A stretch of DNA of 64,000 bases from Actinomycetes bacterium (GTDB lineage Bacteria; Actinomycetota; Actinomycetes; JAHEKZ01). The position numbers were made by a program, and so were the translations under genes. Under the pieces are notes generated by a model. It made no database searches. It saw only the letters and a list, made by a program, of their open reading frames with translations, and was not told the DNA's origin. Below, piece after piece: positions 8,805-18,000 of the stretch. How positions within the stretch are numbered: position 1 is the stretch's first letter; each line of letters opens with the position of its first letter. The stretch is from positions 9,523 to 73,522 of the forward strand of contig JAHELE010000004.1 of assembly GCA_024644345.1 (NCBI GenBank), given 5' to 3'.

Positions 8805-10250
8805 ATGACCAACCCCGATGACCCGCTGGGTCTACGCGATGATGCACCGCTGCTCGATGGATGGCTGTCGTACCGGGCGATGGGACCGGTGCCGTTCGGG
8901 ACGCCGGGCCACAAGCAGCGTCTGGACCTCGTCGGCACGGTTGTCCGTGACGACATCCCGCTGTACGGAGGCGTCGACACGATCCGCCAGCAGGCTGGGG
9001 CGATCGCGGAGGCCGACCGCCGACTGGCCAGGGCGTGGGGGGCCGACTGGGGTCGCATCTCGGTGGGGGGTTCGACGCATGGGAACCAGACGCTCATGCT
9101 CGCGCTCTGCCGTCCCGGCGACACCGTCGTCGTGACCCGGACGCTGCACCGGTCGTTGCTTCTGGGGATGGTTCTGGCAGGAGTGACCCCTGTGTGGGTG
9201 CGCCCGGACGTCGATCCGACGACCGGCCTTCCTACCCACGTGCCGGTGGAGCGGGTCGCGCAGGCGCTTGCTGTGCACCCGGAGGCCAAGGCTGTCTTCC
9301 TCGTCGAGCCGACCTACGTCGGCACTGTCTCTGATGTGGCTGCCCATGCCACAGTCGCTCACTCGCACGGCATCCCGCTGGTGGTCGACCAGGCGTGGGG
9401 CGCTTACTTCGGGTTCCACCCAGACCTTCCCCGCCATGCCATTCAAGCGGGTGCGGATGCTCTGGTGACGAGCGCGCACAAGACGCTGCCGGCGTACACG
9501 CAGGCCGCGCTCGTTGTCGCCCGCACCGGCAGGATCGATGCTGACCGACTCGATCGTGCGTTCGACGCGACCGCAACGACGAGCCCTTCGGGAACCATCG
9601 CAGCAAGCGCTGACGCAGCCAGGGCGCTCATGGAGCGAGACGGTGAACGACTACTCGGTCATCTCCTGCGCATCGTCGACCATGCGCGAGGTCGGTTGCG
9701 CGAGGTGCCCGGACTGGTCCTTCTCGATGACGTCGTCGATCCGGCGGTGATCGTCGACCGGGCCAAGCTGGCGATCAACGTCTCGGGTACCGGCGCCACC
9801 GGGCTGGCGATCGAGGAAGACCTGGTGGCACAGGGGATGCCGGTCGAGCTGGCCGACCGCGACACAGTCGGTCCGATCATCTCGGTGAACGACGACCAGG
9901 ACACCGTCGATGCCTTCGTCGACGGCGTGATCGCCTCCGTCGAACGACAGCGCACCGAACCCCGTCCAGTTCTGCCGTCGATCTCGTGGACGGTTGAACC
10001 CCAGGTCGTCCTGTCGCCGCGCGAGGCGTACTTCGCCGCACATGAGACAGTGTCGGCGGAGACCGCCATCGGTCAGGTGTCCGCAGAGCTGGTTGCGCCG
10101 TACCCGCCCGGAATCCCCGTGCTGGCGCCCGGCGAGCGCATCACGGCCGCAGCCGTGGCTGGGCTGCGGGCTGCCATGGCCGACGGCACTCAGGTGCGGT
10201 ACGCCGCCGACCCCACGCTGGACACGCTTCAGGTCGTTGCCACCTCGTGA
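8805..10250 (+). CDS. Orn/Lys/Arg decarboxylase family PLP enzyme
   Basis: PFGTPGHK, VDQAWG, VTSAHKTL (PLP lysine), TTSPS and PYPPGIPVLAPGE motifs. Confidence 0.88.
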   Translation: MTNPDDPLGLRDDAPLLDGWLSYRAMGPVPFGTPGHKQRLDLVGTVVRDDIPLYGGVDTIRQQAGAIAEADRRLARAWGADWGRISVGGSTHGNQTLMLALCRPGDTVVVTRTLHRSLLLGMVLAGVTPVWVRPDVDPTTGLPTHVPVERVAQALAVHPEAKAVFLVEPTYVGTVSDVAAHATVAHSHGIPLVVDQAWGAYFGFHPDLPRHAIQAGADALVTSAHKTLPAYTQAALVVARTGRIDADRLDRAFDATATTSPSGTIAASADAARALMERDGERLLGHLLRIVDHARGRLREVPGLVLLDDVVDPAVIVDRAKLAINVSGTGATGLAIEEDLVAQGMPVELADRDTVGPIISVNDDQDTVDAFVDGVIASVERQRTEPRPVLPSISWTVEPQVVLSPREAYFAAHETVSAETAIGQVSAELVAPYPPGIPVLAPGERITAAAVAGLRAAMADGTQVRYAADPTLDTLQVVATS

Positions 10251-10298
10251 CTGCGTGAGCTGACTGAGGCCATAGCGTCACCGAAGTCACGCATTGCG

Positions 10299-10637
10299 TC
10301 AGGCCTCCGGGTCGAACCCGATCTCGCGGACCTCCTGAGCGCAGCGACAGGCGTCCGCGAACCTGGCAGCCCATTCGAGCGCCTCCTCGCGTGAGGGCAC
10401 GTCGACGATGGCGAACCCGCCGATGACCTTCTTGGTCTCCGGGTAAGGGCCGCCGATGACCGTCCCGTCAGTGTCAACGATGCTTGCTTGCTGGCTTTCC
10501 ACCCCACCGCCGAAGATCCACACCCCGGCCTCCTTTGCCGCCCGCACCACCTCGTGCGCGGCCTCGGCGATGGCGGGCAACTCCTCTTCGGAGAAAGTCA
10601 TGGCGCCATCATCGAACGAGATCAGGTACCGCGTCAT
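10299..10637 (-). CDS. YciI family (DGPFAETKE-type) protein
   Basis: GGPYPETKKVIGGF...EEALEWA...QEVRE pattern. Confidence 0.8.
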   Translation of the reverse strand: MTRYLISFDDGAMTFSEEELPAIAEAAHEVVRAAKEAGVWIFGGGVESQQASIVDTDGTVIGGPYPETKKVIGGFAIVDVPSREEALEWAARFADACRCAQEVREIGFDPEA

Positions 10638-10692
10638 CCCACGACTCCCTTGTCCGATCGGCCGCCGAGGGCCGACCCGCAATCCCTTGAGG

Positions 10693-11811
10693 CTAGGGGA
10701 GGGGTCGGGACTTCCACGAGAGGGTGCCGCGGCGTCGACCCACCCACGATCGAACCGTCAGGTACTCGAATGCGATGACGGATGCTGGGTGCAGCAGCGA
10801 GTCGGGCCACACGCGTCCGCCAACCCGGTGAGCCACGAGCGCCCGCCCACCGACGGCGCCCGCGTACCCGAACGCTCCGACGCGAGAGCCGAACAGTGCA
10901 GCCAGAGGTGGAACGACGTACGTCAGCGACAGCAGTCCCAGCAAGGCAGCAGCACGACCGGGTGAGCCCGTTGCTGACCACAGTGACTTGGAGTAGCCGT
11001 CGCGGAGCTCCGACCAGCCGTCGTACATGCGGCAGGTCGCGACGTCGGTTCCATCCGCCAGTGCGCCGCGGCGCCCAACGCGCTTGAGCTGCCGGAACAA
11101 CGCGACGTCGTCCAGCACCTGTCCGCGGATGGTCTCGTGGCCACCCGACTCGTCGTAGGCGTCACGCGTGATGGCGAGCACCTGACCGTTGGCGGCGACC
11201 AACGATGTTCGGGGGCTCTGCTCGGCCAGTCGGAGCGGCAGCAGCGTCGACCACGACCACTGCAGCAGGGGCTGGACCGTTCGCTCGCTCCACGTTACGG
11301 CCCGCTGCTGCGGATACGGACTAACGGCATCGATGCCGCCGACGCTCAGCAGCGCAAGCATGCGGCGCAGGGCGTCCGGCGCGAGGGTCACGTCGGCGTC
11401 GACGAACACCAGCACCGAGCCGGACGCCTCCAGCGAAAGGCGGTGGCAGGCCCACGTCTTGCCGATCCACCCACCTGGGGGTTCATCGGTCCCGGTCATC
11501 AGCTTGACCCGTGGATCGTCGAGATGGTGTGCCACGACCTGGGCCGTGCCGTCGCTGGAACGGTCGTCGAGCACCACGATCTCGAGGTCGGGCACACCGA
11601 TCTGCCCCCGCAGAGAGGTCAAGCAGTGCCCGATCGTGTCGGCTTCGTCACGCGCCGGCACGAGTAGCGACACCCGCGATCGCGCAGGGCTGTCGGGACG
11701 CGGGAGGACCCGCAGCTGCCGAAGGTTCCACCAGCTGTGCGCTGCCCCGGCCACCGCCAGGGCCGACCCGGCAGCCACAGCGGCTGGCGCGAGCCGAGGC
11801 CTGCGGCTCAT
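10693..11811 (-). CDS. Family 2 glycosyltransferase, carotenoid glycosyltransferase (CruG/CrtQ-like)
   Basis: VPARDE, DDRSSDGT, GWIGKTWAC, FVDAD, ANGQ and CRMY motifs; overlaps the cruF stop. Confidence 0.85.
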   Translation of the reverse strand: MSRRPRLAPAAVAAGSALAVAGAAHSWWNLRQLRVLPRPDSPARSRVSLLVPARDEADTIGHCLTSLRGQIGVPDLEIVVLDDRSSDGTAQVVAHHLDDPRVKLMTGTDEPPGGWIGKTWACHRLSLEASGSVLVFVDADVTLAPDALRRMLALLSVGGIDAVSPYPQQRAVTWSERTVQPLLQWSWSTLLPLRLAEQSPRTSLVAANGQVLAITRDAYDESGGHETIRGQVLDDVALFRQLKRVGRRGALADGTDVATCRMYDGWSELRDGYSKSLWSATGSPGRAAALLGLLSLTYVVPPLAALFGSRVGAFGYAGAVGGRALVAHRVGGRVWPDSLLHPASVIAFEYLTVRSWVGRRRGTLSWKSRPLP

Positions 11812-12602
11812 CCCCGTTCCACCCAGAGTCGCCACGCGAACGGGAGCGCGACGAGCCCCATGGCGATCCCGCCGACAATCGCAGGGCCGGGACGGTCGAA
11901 GAAGACGGCGCTGGCGAGCACCGAGGATGCGTAGACCCACAGGTAGAGCGTGGCCGGCTGAGCGGCGGAGGCACGTCCGGCGGGAAGCGCCATGAGCACG
12001 ATCCCGACGACCAGTCCGACCGCGAACCATCCGCCGTAGTTCAGCAACGGGATGTCGGGGATCCCTGGCAGGTCAGGGGACGTCGTGGTCCAGCGCCACG
12101 CATCGAGCTCGACCATCATCGGATCGAGGAAGAAGTCCCAGGCCATCAACGACCAGGCGGTGGCGAACGGGACCAGCCAGCGGAATCGCACAATGGCGGT
12201 GGATGCCGCCACGTAGGCGGGATAGCCCATCATTGCCCAGGCCAGGGGAACGACGACGGGTACACCGCCGAGCAGCGGCCCCAGGGCATCGGTGTACTCG
12301 TACTCGCCGAAGGGGATGCCCGTGGTCGAACCCACCCGCTCGGCGCCCCAGCCAATGAGCGGCACGACCAGGCCGACAACGAAGAATCCTCGCCAGCGGT
12401 GGTAGGCGGACGCATGGACGAGTGACGCCAGGAAGAACACCACGACGGTGATGGTCGCAAGCGCGGCCCGGTTGGCGTCGTCGGCGAGCGGGAAGGCGAT
12501 CTGGAGTGCCACCGTCGCGACGACGAGAAACCACCCCGCGGCGACGGCAGCTGGTGCTGCCGACCTTGCGGGGGCTGGTCCTGTGTACGTGCGCAGACTC
12601 AT
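11808..12602 (-). CDS. cruF: Carotenoid 1,2-hydratase (CruF/DUF422 family)
   Basis: TGIPFGEYEY, VPLAW, WDFFLDP and IPLLNYGGW motifs; multi-TM. Confidence 0.85.
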   Translation of the reverse strand: MSLRTYTGPAPARSAAPAAVAAGWFLVVATVALQIAFPLADDANRAALATITVVVFFLASLVHASAYHRWRGFFVVGLVVPLIGWGAERVGSTTGIPFGEYEYTDALGPLLGGVPVVVPLAWAMMGYPAYVAASTAIVRFRWLVPFATAWSLMAWDFFLDPMMVELDAWRWTTTSPDLPGIPDIPLLNYGGWFAVGLVVGIVLMALPAGRASAAQPATLYLWVYASSVLASAVFFDRPGPAIVGGIAMGLVALPFAWRLWVERG

Positions 12603-13186
12603 GGTTCCTCAGGTGCCCGACGTCTTTGTCGTGAGCGACGGTATCGGGCGATGATCCTCCAGAACACGAGGACCACCAAGATGCCCATGATGAGGAGAGC
12701 CAGAGCCAATGCCGCTGCCAGCCAGGGAGCGATGAAAGCGAGCACCGTCACGACGAATACGGCGACGTCCTCGAGCAGGCTCACGATGACGTTGCTCACC
12801 GGTTCTGGCGACGTGTTGACAGCTACCCGAGTGCCCGTCTTGGTGAGATGAGCTGCCAGGGCTGTTCCGCCGCCCATGGCGGCGAGAGCGGCCTGCTGCA
12901 GGGTGCTTGCGTCACCGGAGATGAGGAGTGACAAGGCAACAGCCGCCGTGGGGCGGACGGCGGTGTTGACGGCGTCCCACGTGGAGTCGAGATAGGCGGT
13001 CTTGTCGACGAAGAAGTCGATCGCCGTCAGCACGGCGGCCGCGACGAGGACATCGGTGCGCATGAGCGCGTCGGGGACAGGAACATCGCCGAGTCGACCG
13101 GCGATACCGGTGAGCAGCACCACGAGGTAGGGGTTGATTCCGCTGGCCCAGCCGCTGGTGAAGACGAGAGGAATCAGCTCGGCCAT
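12599..13186 (-). CDS. DUF4126 family membrane protein
   Basis: GWASGIN..YL, DKTAYLDS.WD and NTSPEP.SN..VSLLED motifs. Confidence 0.82.
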   Translation of the reverse strand: MAELIPLVFTSGWASGINPYLVVLLTGIAGRLGDVPVPDALMRTDVLVAAAVLTAIDFFVDKTAYLDSTWDAVNTAVRPTAAVALSLLISGDASTLQQAALAAMGGGTALAAHLTKTGTRVAVNTSPEPVSNVIVSLLEDVAVFVVTVLAFIAPWLAAALALALLIMGILVVLVFWRIIARYRRSRQRRRAPEEP

Positions 13187-13914
13187 GGCGTCACAGCGAG
13201 TGGTGAACCGTCGATCGTTCCTTCGACGTCGATGATGGTGAAGCGGGCAAACAGCTCTTCGGCGAACCACTGGGTGTGGCGGGTACGCCGGATGGCCTGC
13301 TGGTGACCGGGGGTCTGGTACGCGAACCGACGAAGCGCCGCGGTGTCGCGCCACACGCTGAAGGTGCCCTGGAGCCCGATGGGTGCCTCACCGATCCCCA
13401 TCGACCAGAGCAGTCCGTCGGCGGCAGCGAGCGTTGACGCCACCTCGGGAACCGCTCGCCAGAAGCTGCGGAGCTGGTTCGGCCGGATGCGGGCGCGTGT
13501 GATCGAGGCGATGGGGTGATCGGACTCAGTGGGTGCTGCGGTTCCACCGAACGGCTGCCTGCCTGACCACCGGCCGATGCTGGACAACGGCGTCATGGTG
13601 AGGCGGAGACGCTCGGTGGACGCGTCGTCCCACCGGCGAATGACGCGCGAGCGTTCCACGGTTGCAGCCGCATGGGGCGTGTCCCAGCAGGCGAGCAGCG
13701 CCCAGTGGTGGGGATCGGCGTCCTGTGGAGCGAAGGTCTGCCCACTTCCGGCGCCGAGCAGCTTGGCGAACGTGAGACCTGGGTAGCCGCGCAGCCGGAA
13801 ACGGTCGAGGGCGAGGCGGCCGACGGCCGGGGCGATCCCGGCGGTGGGCACGCTCCAGACGTGCAACGTGACCCGGGCCGGGGAGGGGGGCGCGGTCGGG
13901 TCCTGGGCAGTCAT
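13174..13914 (-). CDS. crtA: Spheroidene monooxygenase-like protein
   Basis: GLTFAKLLGAGSG.TF, GIGEAPIGLQGTFSVW, H..AI and WFAEELFARF motifs of CrtA. Confidence 0.82.
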   Translation of the reverse strand: MTAQDPTAPPSPARVTLHVWSVPTAGIAPAVGRLALDRFRLRGYPGLTFAKLLGAGSGQTFAPQDADPHHWALLACWDTPHAAATVERSRVIRRWDDASTERLRLTMTPLSSIGRWSGRQPFGGTAAPTESDHPIASITRARIRPNQLRSFWRAVPEVASTLAAADGLLWSMGIGEAPIGLQGTFSVWRDTAALRRFAYQTPGHQQAIRRTRHTQWFAEELFARFTIIDVEGTIDGSPLAVTPWPS

Positions 13915-13983
13915 GGGTCGACCCTAGGGCGCACCGAACGAGGGGGTTGACCCCGACCGCTGCGAGCGGTTTACTGGAGGCAT

Positions 13984-13999
13984 TCGAACACATGTTCGA
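13984..13999. promoter_or_regulatory. LexA (SOS) box
   Basis: TCGAAC-ACAT-GTTCGA, exact actinobacterial consensus, within a longer palindrome GGCATTCGAAC..GTTCGAATGCC (13979-14004); TTGACC (13947-13952) and TTTACT (13970-13975) lie just upstream. Confidence 0.92.
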
Positions 14000-14137
14000 A
14001 TGCCGGGAGCGTCCGTGGTCTCGACCTCGACCCTCGAGATCGCGTGACCTCTCCCGGAGACGTGAACCGGTCAGCGGGGTGGTGACCTCGACCCTCGCCA
14101 CCCCGCCGACCGTTTCCCCACTCGGAAGGGGTGAGTG

Positions 14138-14509
14138 ATGCGACGAATCGATGAGTCCATCGAGTCGTTGACACCCGTGGCCTCGAGCGGCCACGCAGGT
14201 GGCAGCGCCGCCCCGCTCGCCTTCCGGTGGCGTGGTCGGCGGTATGTCGTCGGCACGGTTCTGGCGCACTGGGTCGAAACAGGGGCGTGGTGGCGTCGAC
14301 CTGCTCCGCGGCCTGGATCGGGACCGTCCGGCTCAGCCCCAGAACCGGCGACCGACGGTCCGCCGGATCCGGAACGGTGGCTCTGGCGGGTCGAGGCATG
14401 CCGGGGGTCTCAGACCGGTGTCTTCGACCTTTGCCGAGAGGTCGACCAGCCCACCGACAACGACCGCCCCGGCCCCGAACGGTGGTCGCTGCACGCGATC
14501 TACGACTGA
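14138..14509 (+). CDS. DUF6504 family protein (stand-alone ImuB C-terminal-like domain)
   Basis: PLAFRWRGRRYVV..VLAHW....WW, WRVEA...GVFDL and terminal WSLHAIYD; SD-like GAAGGGG upstream. Confidence 0.78.
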   Translation: MRRIDESIESLTPVASSGHAGGSAAPLAFRWRGRRYVVGTVLAHWVETGAWWRRPAPRPGSGPSGSAPEPATDGPPDPERWLWRVEACRGSQTGVFDLCREVDQPTDNDRPGPERWSLHAIYD

Positions 14510-14557
14510 CCTGCACCACCGCACTGACCCGCACGACCGCATGAAGGGATTCCGGCC

Positions 14558-15022
14558 ATGTCCACCACCACAGGGTTTTCAGGGTCTACAAGGACCGCAG
14601 GGTCATCTCGGGCCATCGGTACGCCCCGGGGGTCCTCGGCCGGAGTCCTCGACCTGCTCGCCGCTGCGCAGCGCGGGCTCACCGAGGCCGTTCTCGAGCC
14701 GCGGGCGAGCCGGCGCTACGCCGTCGCCCACCTCGCCGCGCTGCGAGCGGCCGCCGCGGTTCTGGCCACCCGAGCTCGTCCCACCGGACGCCGCGGCCCG
14801 CGCAGCGCCTGGGACCTGCTCTCGCAGGCGGCGCCAGAGCTGGCCGAGTGGGCCGCCTTCTTTGCGGCGGGCGCCGGCAAACGAGCCGCGGCCGAGGCAG
14901 GTCTGGACGCGGTCACCCCACGTGAGGCCGACGATCTCCTCCGAGATGTCGAGACGTTCCTTGCCCTGGCCGAGACGACTGTCGGTGTTCCCCACCAGAC
15001 CTCGTTGCCCCGTGTCAGCTGA
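14558..15022 (+). CDS. SAV_6107-type HEPN domain protein
   Basis: RYAVAHLAALRAAAAVLA, SAWDLL..APELAEWAAFFA and RAAAEAG...READDLLRD signature. Confidence 0.85.
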   Translation: MSTTTGFSGSTRTAGSSRAIGTPRGSSAGVLDLLAAAQRGLTEAVLEPRASRRYAVAHLAALRAAAAVLATRARPTGRRGPRSAWDLLSQAAPELAEWAAFFAAGAGKRAAAEAGLDAVTPREADDLLRDVETFLALAETTVGVPHQTSLPRVS

Positions 15023-15058
15023 CCCCGCGACACCTGAATACGTGCGGCTGCTGTCTCG

Positions 15059-18000
15059 GTGACCTCTTCCCTCTCATCCTTTCCCCACCTGCACGTCGCC
15101 TCCGGTTGGTCGCTCCGTCACGGTGCATCCAGCCCCGAGATGCTCGTCGGTGTCGCGGCCGACCTCGGTCTCACCACACTTGGTCTGACCGACCGTGACG
15201 GAGTACGTGGCGCGGTGCGGTTCGCGCGCGCCGCCCTCTCCGCTGGGATCGCCCCGGTCTTCGGTGCCGACCTCGCTCTCGCTCCACCCTCAACGACTGG
15301 ACGTGCACCAGAGCGGGTCAGGCGCACTCCGGCTCGCGGGGGACGCACCCTCGACCAGCGGCTGCCGCGGGTCACCGTGCTGGCACGCGGGCCGAACGGG
15401 TGGGCGGCACTCTGCCGTCTGGTCTCGGCCGCACACGCCAGAGCCGAGCTCACCGGAGAACGCGGTCGCCCCACGGTGGATGCCGACCTCGTCGGTCAGC
15501 ATGCAGCCGAGGGTGCCTTGGTGGTTCTGCTTGGTCCGGATTCCGATGTCGGACGGACGCTTGCCAGGCGCCGTCCTGACCTCGCGATGCAGCAGTGGCG
15601 GTCGTGGCGGGCCCGCGTCCCGGAGCTGCAGTGCGAGGTGGTCAACCACCGGGGCGCTGATCCGGCCGGTCGCTCGGCCCCCTTTGCCGGACGGATGCTG
15701 GGGTGGGCACACGAGCACCAGATCGACACCGTGCTGACCAATGCGGTGCGCTACGCCCGCCGCGAGGACGCGCCGGTCGCCGATGTGCTCGATGCCGCGC
15801 GTCAGCTCGTACCGCTCGATCTCCGTCACCTCGACCGACGCACTGGTGAGGGGTACCTGAAGTCGTCGGCACACATGACTGAGGTCGCCACAGAGGTGGC
15901 GCGACTGTCCGGTGTCGGAACCGAACGTGCCACCGCCCGTGCGCTGCTGGCCGCCACCGAGCAGCTCGCCGAGCAGTGCCTGCTCGACCCGGTGGCCGAC
16001 CTCGGTCTCGGATCGGTGCACTTTCCCGAGCTCGAGGTCGTCGACCCCGCCGCTGCAGCAGCCGGACGGGCGCCGGACGCGGTCCTGCGTGAGCGGTGCG
16101 ACCTCGGCTGGTCGGCTCGTGCGCTACCCATCACCGGGCGAGCGGCTGTTGATGCGCGAGACCGTCTTGAGCACGAGCTCGGCATCATTGCCGGGCTCGG
16201 TTACGCCACGTACTTCCTCACCGTCGCTGATGTCGTCGAACTCATTCGCTCGATGCAGGTGCGAGTCGCCGCTCGTGGTTCCGGTGCCGGTTCGCTGGTC
16301 ACCTACCTGCTCGGCATCTCTGGGGTCGACCCAGTGCGGCACGACCTGCTCTTCGAACGTTTTCTCTCGCCGCTCCGTCAAGCGCTGCCCGACATCGACG
16401 TCGATGTCGAGTCGGCCAGGCGCACCGAGATCTACACCAACATCTTCGAACGGTTCGGCACCGCACGCGTCGCCTGCGTCTCGATGGCCGACACCTACCG
16501 CGTCCGACACGCGATCCGCGACGTCGGTGCTGCGCTCGGGCTGCCCCCCTCCGAGATCGACACCGTCGCCAAGGCGTTTCCGCACATCCGGGCCAAGGAT
16601 GCACAGAACGCGCTACGCGAGCTGCCCGAGCTGCGTGCCAGCCGGATCGCCGACGACCCGCGGATGACCTTGCTCTTCTCGCTGGTCGAACGGCTTGACG
16701 GCCTGCCACGCCACCTCGCGCTGCATCCCTGCGGCGTCCTGCTCTCCGACGCCACTCTGCTCGATCGCACACCGGTCGAGCAGAGTGCGATGGGGTTCGC
16801 CATGAGTCAGTTCGACAAGGACGACGTCGAACACCTCGGCCTGCTCAAGCTCGACGTGCTCGGCATCCGGATGCAGTCGGCCATGGCGTACGCGCTCGAC
16901 GAGATCGAGCGGGTCGACGGCCTACCGCAACGTCCCGATCTCGACGCCGTCCCGTTCGACGACCCGGCGACCTTCGACCTGATCCGCTCCACTCACACGC
17001 TCGGCTGTTTCCAGATCGAGTCGCCCGGCCAGCGAGAGCTGGTGGGCAAGTTCGCCCCCGAGACATTCGACGACCTGATCATCGACATCTCACTCTTCCG
17101 ACCAGGACCGGTGAAGTCCGACATGGTTCGTCCCTTCCTGCAGGCACGGCACGGCTGGGCTGAACCGCAGTACCTGCACCCCGACCTCGAACAGGTGCTG
17201 CGCCCCACCTATGGCGTCGTCGTCTTCCACGAGCAGGTGATCGACATCCTGCATGTCATCACCGGGTGTTCGCGGGCCGAGGGTGATGAGAAGCGACGGG
17301 CGCTCGGCGATCCGGACGGGCAGGCTGAGACCCGGGAATGGTTCTACCGACATGCCCGGCTACGTCGCTACGACCTGTCAACGATCGAACGCATCTGGGA
17401 CGTGCTCCGCGCTTTCGCCTCCTTCGGGTTCTGCAAGGCCCATGCGGCTGCGTTCGCCCTGCCCACCTACCAGTCGGCCTGGTTGAAAGCCCATCACACG
17501 GCGGGCTTCCTGGCCGGTGTCCTCACCCATGATCCCGGGATGTACCCCAAGCGGCTGATCCTCGACGACGCCCGGCAGTTCGGGGTTGCGGTGCTACCGC
17601 TCGATGTCAACACCTCTCAGTCCGGCTACCGGGTTGAGCGGTTCGATGCCGCAGATGCCTCACCCCCGCCGCGCTCACTCGCGAACCGGGCGCTACCGGA
17701 CGCCCGCGGGTACGGAATCCGGATCGCGCTCGCCGAGGTCAAGGGCATCAGTGACGCCGAGGTCGAACGGATCGTCTCAGGGCAGCCGTTCCGCTCCCTC
17801 ACCGATTTCTGGCACCGGGCGGCCGTCTCGCGACCGGTGGTGGAGCGCCTGGTGATCGCCGGGGCGTTCGACTCCCTGCACGGCATCGACCTCACCCTCC
17901 CGACCTCGTCGGCGCGCCGTCGGATCACCCGTCGTGACCTACTGCTGCAGGTCGCCGAGCTCGACCGCTGGACAGCGATGCCGGCTGCCCGCCGAACCAG

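Noticed and set aside
10250..10298. Weak inverted repeat TGCGTGA...TCACGCA between convergent genes
   Set aside because: Short stem with a long loop; too weak to call a terminator
14023..14097. 14-bp direct repeat GACCTCGACCCTCG (14023, 14084) in the SOS leader
   Set aside because: Only two copies of a low-complexity GC-rich word; no function can be supported
14199..15062. Alternative-frame ORF with collagen-like QGFQGLQGPQG
   Set aside because: Overlaps the better-supported DUF6504 and HEPN genes; the rest is Arg/Pro-rich shadow sequence
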